A stretch of 64,000 nt of DNA from Nanobdellota archaeon (lineage in GTDB: Archaea > Nanobdellota > Nanobdellia > Woesearchaeales > UBA11576), in NCBI GenBank assembly GCA_042576705.1, contig JBHPEY010000004.1, forward strand, positions 1,393 through 65,392. Direction: 5' to 3'. A model generated the notes under the pieces. That model was given only the letters and a program-made list of their open reading frames with translations. It had not been told where the DNA came from and did no database searches. Of this stretch, positions 37,090 to 45,038 are shown piece after piece. Within the stretch, counting starts at the first letter, position 1; each line of letters begins with the position of its first letter. A program made the position numbers and the translations under genes.

Positions 37090-37878
37090 ATGCCGACAAG
37101 AACACCAAAAGCAAAGATACTGGTAAGGAAAGGTCAGAAGCAGTTCTTCGAGGATCTCAATCGCGAGGTCACGATAGTCAAGGAGAAGCATCACTACGTG
37201 GCAGATATTTCAAAGGATTTCTCTACGGCATATGGCACGATAAAGAAGGCAGACCTGAAGAAGACCGGAAAGATAAAGACACACACCAAGAAAGAGTTCA
37301 ACATCTTCGACGCCTCTTTCATAGACATCTACAAGCGCATCAAGCGTCTGCCTCAGATAATCCCTCTGAAAGATATAGGGTTCATGATAGCAAAGACAGG
37401 CATAGGTAAGGAATCAATTGTTGTGGAAGGAGGAGCAGGCTCAGGTGCGCTCAGCATAATGCTTTCAAGATACTGCAAGAAGGTATATAGCTACGAGATA
37501 AAGCCTGAACATCTGGAAGTTGTCAAGAATAACATAAAATCCCTGAACATAAAGAACATCACCCTGAAAAACAAGAGCATGTACGATAAGATAGCAGAAA
37601 AAGACGTCGATCTTGTCTGCCTGGACCTCCCTGAGCCCTGGAACGCCATCGGGCCTGCTGCAAAGGCACTGAAACAAGGGGGATTCATAATAAACTACTC
37701 GCCGACCATAATGCAGACAGCAGATTTCGTCAACGCGCTCCTAAAGAGGGATGATTTCATCCATCTGGAGACTGCTGAGATAATTGAGCGGAAGTGGGAA
37801 GTCGAGAAACGCAAAGTGAGGCCCATCTCAAAAGCAAATATCCATTCAGGTTTCTTGTCTATAGGAAGGAGAATATGA
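37090..37878 (+). CDS. trmI: tRNA (adenine-N1)-methyltransferase TrmI/Trm61 family
   Basis: VVEGGAGSGALSIMLSR SAM motif I and VCLDLPEPWNAI; 262 aa. Confidence 0.8.
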   Translation: MPTRTPKAKILVRKGQKQFFEDLNREVTIVKEKHHYVADISKDFSTAYGTIKKADLKKTGKIKTHTKKEFNIFDASFIDIYKRIKRLPQIIPLKDIGFMIAKTGIGKESIVVEGGAGSGALSIMLSRYCKKVYSYEIKPEHLEVVKNNIKSLNIKNITLKNKSMYDKIAEKDVDLVCLDLPEPWNAIGPAAKALKQGGFIINYSPTIMQTADFVNALLKRDDFIHLETAEIIERKWEVEKRKVRPISKANIHSGFLSIGRRI

Positions 37879-37890
37879 CCTTCGAAAAAG

Positions 37891-38424
37891 GTGGTTACGT
37901 TGGCGAAAAAAGCGATAAAAAGATCAACAAAAAAGACCTCAACCAAAAAAGACCGCTTCCAATACCTGAAGCACAAGCACCAGCATCCTCACAAGCATCC
38001 TGAATGCAAGTTCTGCTGTAAGATAAAGGCAAAGAAGGACATCCTGCTGGAGAACGACCATCTCGTCGTGATGTTCGGCAGGCTGCATCACAAGGGGCAT
38101 CTTGTGATAATGCCGAAGGCCCACGAGGAACACCTGCTTAAGCTACATCAGAATACGATGGATGCGTTCATGAACGACACTATACATGTCATGAAGGCCC
38201 TCGGCAAGGCGATAAAACCTGATCTTTTCAATCTTGAGTATCTCGACAACTGGGATCATCATATCCATTGGAATGTCTATCCAAGGTTCAGGAAGGACAA
38301 GGATTGGGGAAACCCTCCGGTAATACCTGGGAAGGACGAGAAGTTCAGGCCAAAGACAATGACAAAGAAAGAGATGGACGTATTCAGCAAGGAGCTGAAA
38401 CGCATCAGCAAGGAGCTATGGTAG
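37891..38424 (+). CDS. HIT-family protein, triad reads H-x-H-x-N; start uncertain
   Basis: CKFCCKI.., HLVIMPKAH and DHHIHWNVYPR motifs. The only in-frame start before the domain is GTG 37891. An ATG at 37875 forms an ATGA overlap with trmI but is in another frame across several A5-A6 runs. Confidence 0.6.
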   Translation: MVTLAKKAIKRSTKKTSTKKDRFQYLKHKHQHPHKHPECKFCCKIKAKKDILLENDHLVVMFGRLHHKGHLVIMPKAHEEHLLKLHQNTMDAFMNDTIHVMKALGKAIKPDLFNLEYLDNWDHHIHWNVYPRFRKDKDWGNPPVIPGKDEKFRPKTMTKKEMDVFSKELKRISKELW

Positions 38425-38430
38425 GTGAAC

Positions 38431-38856
38431 ATGATGAAATGCAAGTTCTGCGACTGGGAAAAGCACTACAAGAAGATCTACGAGAACGACCACGCTGTTG
38501 CTGTATGGGGTTCACCTTACGTGCAAGGCCATGTAAAGGTCATACTGAAGCGTCACGCAGACAACCTGACAGAACTCTCACCAGAAGAGGCTGCAGGTCT
38601 GATGGACGCCTGGATAAGGGTAGGAAAGGCCATAGAGCAGGTCCTCCATCCGAACATAATCAACTGGCAGATAAACGGCAACTGGCAGCGCCATGTACAT
38701 GGCCACATCTATCCGAGATGGGAGACAGACCCTGACTGGGGCGAACCGATTCACCTGCCGACAAAAGAACAGGCCCATAATAAGGAGTATCACGTCAAGG
38801 AACTCTCTCCTGAAGACCAGCAGAAGATAGAGGATATTCTATTCCATAAGAATTAG
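38431..38856 (+). CDS. HIT-family protein (canonical H-x-H-x-H)
   Basis: MMKCKFCDW.., HVKVILKRH and QRHVHGHIYPRW motifs. The ATG at 38431 is preferred over GTG 38425. Confidence 0.7.
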   Translation: MMKCKFCDWEKHYKKIYENDHAVAVWGSPYVQGHVKVILKRHADNLTELSPEEAAGLMDAWIRVGKAIEQVLHPNIINWQINGNWQRHVHGHIYPRWETDPDWGEPIHLPTKEQAHNKEYHVKELSPEDQQKIEDILFHKN

Positions 38857-38863
38857 ACCAAAA

Positions 38864-40621
38864 TCAGGCATAATAAAGCTTGTCAGCACTTCTCTGCTCA
38901 CGGTCCTTCTGGCTTCCCGGCTTGTTTATCCTGGGCCGAAGCGATTCTTCATCACGTCGCATGCTGATGTCCAGCTCATGCAGGAACTTGTTCATCCCTT
39001 CCTGCATGTCAAATGGTCCGCGTACATTGCCTGACACTGCAGGCTCGCCCTCAAAGACAATCAATTTCTTGGAAAGATAATCGATAAACAGGAGATCGTG
39101 CTCAACAACAAGCGCAGATGTCCCCCGTTTCTCCATCACATCAGCGATGATCTTTGAAACGCGTATCCTCTGCTCCACGTCGAGATAAGCAGACGGCTCG
39201 TCCATGAGGTAAAGGTCAGCTTTCTTGGAAAGACAAAGGGCAATAGAGACCCTCTGCAGCTCCCCTCCAGAAAGCTCGCTGAGCTTCTTCATGGCAAGCG
39301 GTTGTATGCTCAACGGCCTCATTATCTGCGCATCATACTTCTCAAGAGCCTCGCCAAGAACAGTCATCACAAGATCCTCACCCGCCTCAAGATACTGCGG
39401 CTTGTACGAAACAACCACTTTCTCATTCACCTTGCCTGAATCCGGCTTGTGCACCTCTGCAAGTATCTTCACAAAACTGGTCTTTCCTATCCCGTTCTCA
39501 CCGAGCACCCCGATGACATCATTCTTGTAGATCTCTCCTCGATCAGCACCGAGATCAAAATTACCCAGCTTCTTCTTCACGTCTTCCCAGCTGCACTGAA
39601 TGTCCTTCCCTGCCTTCTGCACAGGCGGCTTTGCAGCGAACTGTATCTTGTAGTCCCTGAAACGCACGTTCTCCTCGCGGAGATATCCCTCAAGGAACAC
39701 GTTTATGCCTGTCCGTGTGCTCTTGGGAAGGCTGACGACACCATACCCTCCTTCCTTGCCGTACATGATATGGGTCATGTCTGTTATGTAATCAAGGATG
39801 ATAAGGTCGTGTTCAATCACAAGCACAGCAGTATCATCATCAGCAAGCCCGCGTATGAACTTGCTCACCTTTATTCTCTGCTTGATGTCAAGATACGACG
39901 TAGGCTCATCAAAGATGTACAGGTTGGCTTCCTTCATGACAGTGGCGGCAATCGCGACCCTCTGAAGCTCACCACCAGATACACTTCCTACATCCGTATC
40001 AAGTATCTTCCGCAGCTCAAGAACATCAATGACCTCCTCGAACATCCCTTTCTCATCCACTTTCTCAAGCAGCTCCTTGACAGTGCCGGAAACCTGCTTT
40101 GGTATCATGTCAACATTCTGCGGCTTGTAAGCAGTCTTGATGCGCCCGTCCCTCATCTTCTCGAAGAAGTTCTGTGCCTCAGTCCCTCGGAAGAAATCAA
40201 TAAGCCGACTATAATCTGCTTCAACATCATTTTTTCCAAGATTAGGCTTCAGCACACCGGCAATTATCTTGATTGCAGTGGATTTCCCGATGCCATTTAC
40301 GCCCAAGACCCCAACAACCTTTCCGAAAAGTGGGGTGGGAAGCGAATAGAGCGCAAACCCATTATCTCCATAGCGATGGATAGGATCCTGTTTAAGCTCC
40401 TCGGGCAGATTGATTATGTCAATAGCATCATAAGGACACCGATTAGGGCATATCCCGCATCCGATGCAGAGAGTTTCATCTATCCATGCCTTGTGGTGCA
40501 CAGGGTCCTCCTTGATGCAGTCCTCACCCTTGCGGTTCACCGGGCAGACCTTGGCACAGAGCATCCCTCCACAGCTCACAGGGCTGCATTCCTTCTTCCT
40601 GACAATGGCTATTCTTGACAT
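38864..40621 (-). CDS. ABCE1 / RNase L inhibitor-type ribosome recycling ATPase
   Basis: N-terminal 2x[4Fe-4S] Cys clusters (CGGMLCAKVCP, CIGCGICPNRCP). Two ABC cassettes (GVNGIGKST, LSGGELQR, GENGIGKTS); 585 aa. Confidence 0.93.
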   Translation of the reverse strand: MSRIAIVRKKECSPVSCGGMLCAKVCPVNRKGEDCIKEDPVHHKAWIDETLCIGCGICPNRCPYDAIDIINLPEELKQDPIHRYGDNGFALYSLPTPLFGKVVGVLGVNGIGKSTAIKIIAGVLKPNLGKNDVEADYSRLIDFFRGTEAQNFFEKMRDGRIKTAYKPQNVDMIPKQVSGTVKELLEKVDEKGMFEEVIDVLELRKILDTDVGSVSGGELQRVAIAATVMKEANLYIFDEPTSYLDIKQRIKVSKFIRGLADDDTAVLVIEHDLIILDYITDMTHIMYGKEGGYGVVSLPKSTRTGINVFLEGYLREENVRFRDYKIQFAAKPPVQKAGKDIQCSWEDVKKKLGNFDLGADRGEIYKNDVIGVLGENGIGKTSFVKILAEVHKPDSGKVNEKVVVSYKPQYLEAGEDLVMTVLGEALEKYDAQIMRPLSIQPLAMKKLSELSGGELQRVSIALCLSKKADLYLMDEPSAYLDVEQRIRVSKIIADVMEKRGTSALVVEHDLLFIDYLSKKLIVFEGEPAVSGNVRGPFDMQEGMNKFLHELDISMRRDEESLRPRINKPGSQKDREQRSADKLYYA

Positions 40622-40659
40622 GGTCTCTCAGAATTCAGGTTCTCTTAATAATTTTACTA

Positions 40660-42093
40660 TTATCTGCCCTGTTTGACCCTGAAATCCTTGGGCCAGAAAT
40701 CCCCTCTAAATGTCTGTTCAAACACATGCACGACCCGTTTCCTGAACACCTCTGGCAGGGTTATAGAATCATGGCATGAGAAATACTTCATCTGAAGCAC
40801 CTCGATATTGTCACGCACCTCCCGATAAGCCTTTGTCTTCTTGAACTTATCGACAAGATACCCTGTCTCGCCATGCTCTGCTGCAAGATAGAAAGCGAGC
40901 GCCTGCTCTTCCTTGCCGAGCCCGGATATGTCAAAACTATAATTCGATCCTGTCCCAAACAACGAAAAGAATTCCCTGCTGGGCTTGTTGAACATGTTCA
41001 CAGCAAAACCAAGGCTTGAAGTATCGATTCCCAGAGCCTTGAAGAACGCGAACAGCCGCGCGCACTTGGAACAGTGACCGCACCACACATGTTTCTTTCC
41101 AGGTTCTGTATCTGAAAAACAGCTCATCTGAAGAGAAGCAAGATGAGGATACCTCTGGTGCAGTATCTTAGTGAGCCCAAGCTCATACAGCGGTCCTACA
41201 AGGCTACCAACCTCGACAGAATCCTTTGTCATTATCTTTGTCACTGCATTCAACTGCTTTGTCCAGTCTGTGCATTGGTCATAGCAGAAGTTGCTCTTGA
41301 ATCCCTCTTTATCATAATTGAACTCGTCACAGCTGTACTCATTGCCGAAAAGGATGTGTTCTGCCCCGAAGTGCCGCGCAAACGGCATCAGCAGGAGTAT
41401 ATAGCTAAGGAACTGCGTCCCAGCCCCCCAGTTGTTCTCGACCTCTCCCAGGTCGCAATACCGCAGCTTGCCAGACGAGTTCACGACCTTGTACACCTTG
41501 ATCCCATACTCCTTTTCTATACTGTCGATTATCGCGTACTTGTGCTTTGATTCAGGACCATCAGGGTCCTCATCAATGTACACGAGTATTGGCTTGATGC
41601 CCAGCTCAAGGCACAGCGCGAATGTGAGCAGGCTTTCCTTTCCTGCTGTGAATGGTATGATTGCCGCCCGGCCATTCTTGATCCATTTTGTCTTGCGCCT
41701 GTTCCGCGGGTATGCGATATCATAACTCCCGAACGAGAACTCTGTGTTGAAGAATCCGCGGAGATAATCTACTGTCTTCTCATGGTCTATCACCGCTGTT
41801 GAAGGCGCGTCATACATAGTGCCCTCAAAAGCGAACGTCTCAAAGAGCGGCATCCCTGTATTGTACACAGCGCCTTTGAGCTTGTGAGAAGCAGGCAGGT
41901 GACAGGTCTGCATGAACGGTATGTTGTCAAGCAGGACCTTCTTGTTCCGGGCAGGGTATTGCTTCCATATCTCTTCAGGATATTCTATATTGTACTTCTT
42001 TCCCTTGACCGAAACTGTAATTCCGTTCTTGGTAAATTCAGAGTTTATGGATAAGTACTCCTCTTTTTTCAGCTCTTTGCCATTGAATAGCAT
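40660..42093 (-). CDS. PP-loop ATP-pyrophosphatase superfamily protein with QueC-like Zn motif, function unknown
   Basis: AAIIPFTAGKESLLTFAL is an SGGxDS-like P-loop variant. SCFSD..WCGHCSKCARLFAFFKALGID resembles the QueC SCY..CGxCxxCxxR..F..GI motif. At 477 aa, with a ~140-aa N-terminal extension and a ~110-aa C-terminal extension, it is about twice QueC size. Confidence 0.45.
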   Translation of the reverse strand: MLFNGKELKKEEYLSINSEFTKNGITVSVKGKKYNIEYPEEIWKQYPARNKKVLLDNIPFMQTCHLPASHKLKGAVYNTGMPLFETFAFEGTMYDAPSTAVIDHEKTVDYLRGFFNTEFSFGSYDIAYPRNRRKTKWIKNGRAAIIPFTAGKESLLTFALCLELGIKPILVYIDEDPDGPESKHKYAIIDSIEKEYGIKVYKVVNSSGKLRYCDLGEVENNWGAGTQFLSYILLLMPFARHFGAEHILFGNEYSCDEFNYDKEGFKSNFCYDQCTDWTKQLNAVTKIMTKDSVEVGSLVGPLYELGLTKILHQRYPHLASLQMSCFSDTEPGKKHVWCGHCSKCARLFAFFKALGIDTSSLGFAVNMFNKPSREFFSLFGTGSNYSFDISGLGKEEQALAFYLAAEHGETGYLVDKFKKTKAYREVRDNIEVLQMKYFSCHDSITLPEVFRKRVVHVFEQTFRGDFWPKDFRVKQGR

Positions 42094-42258
42094 CAGGTGT
42101 TTTTAGACGACATTCTTTTATAAATTTTTTCGTTTTTTTGCCTTTCAAGTCGTCAAATATCGATAAAAAAGGATTCGAAAAAGCATTTTTTCCCTTTCAA
42201 AGCACATTTTCCATCCCAACACGAAAATTTAAATACTATCCCTTTCTCTCAGCACAGC

Positions 42259-42414
42259 ATGAAATGCGACATATGCAAAGGCAAGATCCCGGAGACATTC
42301 CTCAAAAAACCGATAGGCACGTACATAAAGAACGAAAAGGGCAAGAAGAAGACTGTCTGCAGTGAATGCCAGAGCAAGTTCAGGACAAAAAAGGAGATCT
42401 TAGAGAAGCTTTGA
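42259..42414 (+). CDS. small Zn-ribbon protein (51 aa), not in the ORF track
   Basis: MKCDICKGKIPETFLKKPIGTYIKNEKGKKKTVCSECQSKFRTKKEILEKL has two CxxC pairs. A TATA-like AAATTTAAATAC at 42225..42236 ends about 22 nt upstream of the ATG. Confidence 0.55.
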   Translation: MKCDICKGKIPETFLKKPIGTYIKNEKGKKKTVCSECQSKFRTKKEILEKL

Positions 42415-42421
42415 TCACAAT

Positions 42422-42539
42422 GCCTCCGTAGCATAGTAGCTAATGCGTCTGCCTCGTAAAATCAAGGTTCCCTTGATTTGGAGTGAAATCTTGATTTCAG
42501 GACAGCAGAAGATCGTGGGTGCAGTTCCCACCGGAGGCT
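42422..42539 (+). tRNA. tRNA-Thr(CGU) with a 45-nt anticodon-loop intron; atypical D and T loops
   Basis: GCCTCCG-TA-GCAT-AGTAGCTA-ATGC-G-TCTGC-CTCGTA[intron 42459..42503]A-GCAGA-AGATC-GTGGG-TGCAGTT-CCCAC-CGGAGGC-T. The D loop lacks GG and the T loop lacks TTC. Confidence 0.65.
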
Positions 42540-42546
42540 TTTTTTT
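42539..42546 (+). terminator. oligo-T terminator after tRNA-Thr
   Basis: A T8 run starts at the discriminator position. Confidence 0.5.
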
Positions 42547-42616
42547 CGTGCTGTCGCGCGGAGTGCGATAGCACTGGGTGGCGCGTGCCAGGCGAGCAAG
42601 ACCAGCTGCGTGTTGT

Positions 42617-42641
42617 TGCAGTTCCCACCGGAGGCTTTTTT
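42617..42641 (+). repeat. 25-nt exact duplicate of the tRNA-Thr 3' end (att-like)
   Basis: TGCAGTTCCCACCGGAGGCTTTTTT occurs at 42520..42544 and again at 42617..42641. The second copy has no matching 5' T-stem or acceptor strand. Confidence 0.8.
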
Positions 42642-43254
42642 ATTTCTTCTTCACACCCTTTCCGACAAACTCATGCACATGATGCCCGCCATGCGGCTTC
42701 TCATAGAAGTGTAGCATCTTTGGTATTGACTTGAAGAACCGTGGCAGCCTGAGTATCGGCCTCAAAAATCGCATTAACCGCGCATTCCGAGAAAGCTTAG
42801 AAACCTTCTCTGCTTCCCGCGCAACCCGGCCGCCCTCCTTCAAAAACTTCTCAGCCTCACGAGCGACCTTAGCGCCTTCCTTCTCTATCTCAAGCCCTTC
42901 ATGCAGCACTGCCTGCACTGTCTGCGCGCTCTCGCTGACTATGAACGAGAATGCCCCTGCAAAGAACTCAAACATCCTGAACAACAAAAAGAACGGGAAC
43001 ACTGCAAGTATGTCCAGCCAATACTTCCGCACAAACTTAGGCACATGCCGAGTCTGGTTCCATTTGAAATAAAGATCAACGACAAACACCGCAATCACAA
43101 AGTAATCAGCGATCTCAAGCCAGTGCCCCAGGTGGTAGTGCTCTACAAGATCGTGGAACCCAAGCTCGAGAGTGATTATTATCAAGAGAAGTACAAGACA
43201 GGGCGGTATGAGCTTGTCTACCACTACCTCAACTTTGTGCATCCACCTCTTCAT
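42640..43254 (-). CDS. voltage-sensor-domain-only membrane protein (S1-S4, no pore)
   Basis: S1 LVLLLIIITLELGF, S2 LEIADYFVIAVFVVDLYFKW, S3 YWLDILAVFPFFLLF. A ~55-aa insertion carries the duplicated EGAKVAREAEKFLK/EGGRVAREAEKVSK. S4-like LSRNARLMRFLRPILRLPRFFK has Arg at every third position. Confidence 0.6.
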   Translation of the reverse strand: MKRWMHKVEVVVDKLIPPCLVLLLIIITLELGFHDLVEHYHLGHWLEIADYFVIAVFVVDLYFKWNQTRHVPKFVRKYWLDILAVFPFFLLFRMFEFFAGAFSFIVSESAQTVQAVLHEGLEIEKEGAKVAREAEKFLKEGGRVAREAEKVSKLSRNARLMRFLRPILRLPRFFKSIPKMLHFYEKPHGGHHVHEFVGKGVKKK

Positions 43255-43331
43255 GCTTTTTCAGCAGTTACAGGGATTTATTAATGTTTTCTTTAAAAAG
43301 CTTTAAATATTACATTACATCAGGTATAGAC

Positions 43332-44348
43332 ATGGTCAGTAAGAAAAAAGGGGTGAAGAATAGGCCGAAGGCCCGTAAAAAGAGCCCCTTAAAGAAGGTC
43401 GAGGAAGAGGTACTCTCTCACATCCCTTCTGCAGAGACGATTAAGAAAAACATTGAAGAAGATAGCAAGGACGTCTCGCTTTTGAAGCTGATCAACTATG
43501 TTCTCTTGTTTTTCATCCCAACCATGATCCTAGGGCTTTTCGCCCTTAAGATAGGTTCTGTCTATTCTGATTATTTTGAGGCCTCAGCTCAGATCATATC
43601 AAAGATACTCATGTTACCCTTCATGGTTCTAGTATTCTTTTTCATAATCCCCTACATAAGTGACAGGGAAAAGATTGCAGGCATCCGTTATTCAGTGCTG
43701 GCTTTCCTTATAATCGGCATCGGACTCTCCCTTCCATCTGCGCTTGATGGCAGGTATGGCCTGATAATGATGATCCCGACCTACTTTGCAGCATACATAC
43801 TGCTGACATTCTTTTTCTGTCCTGAGGTCCTTGGGATAGAGAGGAACCTGAGGGACTGGTTCAAGCACAAGAAGCAGTTCTCAATAGTCGCAATCTATAT
43901 ATCGATTGTTCTTCTGTTCGTCGTAGGCTTTGGAGGACTGTACTATGAGATATATCTCGACAGTCCAGAAGCATTTGAATTGGCAGTAGACAAAGAGGTG
44001 CATCTGGAGTCTTTCATCTATTACAGCATGGTATCTTTCACCTCGACAGGGTATGGTGAGATGCTGCCTGTATCGACAGCAGCAAGGCTGCTTTTCTTCA
44101 TGGAAGGTCTTGTAGCGCTCATAATGAACGTCCTGTTCATAGCTATACTGCTTGTCTTCATCTCCAATGCAGAGTTCCTCTCGCAGAGGAAGGAGGAGAA
44201 GGAGATCCACGAGGAGTTCAAGAAGGAAGAGGCCGAGCTCAGGAAAGAAGAGAAAGAGATAAGGCGCGTCGAAAAGGAAGTCAAACACGTGGAGAAAGAG
44301 GAAGAGGGATTCATGAAAAAGTTCTATAAGAAGATGAAGCCCTGGTGA
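43332..44348 (+). CDS. potassium channel (TxGYG pore) with charged coiled-coil tail
   Basis: Selectivity filter SFTSTGYGEMLP between two TM helices. Four further N-terminal TM helices lack an Arg-rich S4. C-terminal KEEKEIHEEFKKEEAELRKEEKEIRR. Start taken at 43332 because CTTTAAATAT (43301..43310) lies about 21 nt upstream; the track start is 43284. Confidence 0.7.
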   Translation: MVSKKKGVKNRPKARKKSPLKKVEEEVLSHIPSAETIKKNIEEDSKDVSLLKLINYVLLFFIPTMILGLFALKIGSVYSDYFEASAQIISKILMLPFMVLVFFFIIPYISDREKIAGIRYSVLAFLIIGIGLSLPSALDGRYGLIMMIPTYFAAYILLTFFFCPEVLGIERNLRDWFKHKKQFSIVAIYISIVLLFVVGFGGLYYEIYLDSPEAFELAVDKEVHLESFIYYSMVSFTSTGYGEMLPVSTAARLLFFMEGLVALIMNVLFIAILLVFISNAEFLSQRKEEKEIHEEFKKEEAELRKEEKEIRRVEKEVKHVEKEEEGFMKKFYKKMKPW

Positions 44349-44354
44349 ACTCCA

Positions 44355-44744
44355 TCATTTCTGTATAAGTTCCTCAAAAAGGAACCCTTTCAGTTTAGCG
44401 TTCTGAAGAGATATAGAGTAACCCCCTTCATTCTCGTTGAGATCATCCATTGTGACAAAATACCACTTAAGACGATCAAACCGCACCCCTACCCATGGCT
44501 CCGCGCCGAACAGGCCGGAGAATTCCTTCAGCTCTTCAATCTCTTTCCTGGAGAAGTGCTGCCGGATATCACGCGTCGCTTTGCACTCTATGGCGACCTT
44601 CCGCACATTGTTGCCAGCAATCACATCCGGAGCAGGATACTTGGTGGAACCGCTGCCCGCAACGCGGCAGGCGCTCCAGCCGTTGTTCCAGAACAGGTGG
44701 ATGAGTTCTCTCTCCGCACCGATGCCTTTAGATTTCAGTGACAT
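44355..44744 (-). CDS. hjc: Holliday junction resolvase Hjc
   Basis: KGIGAERELIHLFWNNGWSACRVAGSG and DVIAGNNVRKVAIECKAT (E..D..E-x-K nuclease motif); 129 aa. Confidence 0.88.
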   Translation of the reverse strand: MSLKSKGIGAERELIHLFWNNGWSACRVAGSGSTKYPAPDVIAGNNVRKVAIECKATRDIRQHFSRKEIEELKEFSGLFGAEPWVGVRFDRLKWYFVTMDDLNENEGGYSISLQNAKLKGFLFEELIQK

Positions 44745-44807
44745 GAATCTAAAAAAGTCTTAGAGCATTAAATACCTTGTGTAGCATTGCCAAGAACTTA
44801 TTAGCAC

Positions 44808-44948
44808 TTAGAACTCGAATATGCTTTTCTGTCCGTTCTTGATCAGCTCAGCAGCTTCCTGGTATGTTATCTTCCGCTGGTACATGAGCTGCCTGACCTT
44901 CTCATCAAACGCTTCCTCTTCTGTTGACTTTCGGTCCCACTTGCCCAT
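44808..44948 (-). CDS. small hypothetical protein (46 aa), not in the ORF track
   Basis: MGKWDRKSTEEEAFDEKVRQLMYQRKITYQEAAELIKNGQKSIFEF. A minus-strand CTTTAAATAA box lies about 27 nt upstream of the ATG. Confidence 0.45.
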   Translation of the reverse strand: MGKWDRKSTEEEAFDEKVRQLMYQRKITYQEAAELIKNGQKSIFEF

Positions 44949-45038
44949 AAAGAGACTGATTTTGAGCTATTATTTAAAGATTAGTTATCATCATACAAGA
45001 ACAAAAAACACGCTCAGCGTCGAGAAAAAGTAATTACA

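Noticed and set aside
39449-40618. 389-aa plus-strand ORF
   Set aside because: It is entirely antisense to the ABCE1 gene, which has unmistakable Fe-S and ABC motifs. Its translation has no recognisable motif and a skewed composition, so it is a shadow ORF.
42520-42641. An integrated mobile element between the tRNA-Thr 3'-end duplicates
   Set aside because: Only 72 nt separate the repeats, and no integrase or cargo is present. At most this is a scar of a past insertion or excision, and it is reported only as such.
42519-42734. 71-aa plus-strand ORF
   Set aside because: It starts inside the tRNA-Thr T arm, crosses the att-like duplicate, and runs antisense into the voltage-sensor gene.
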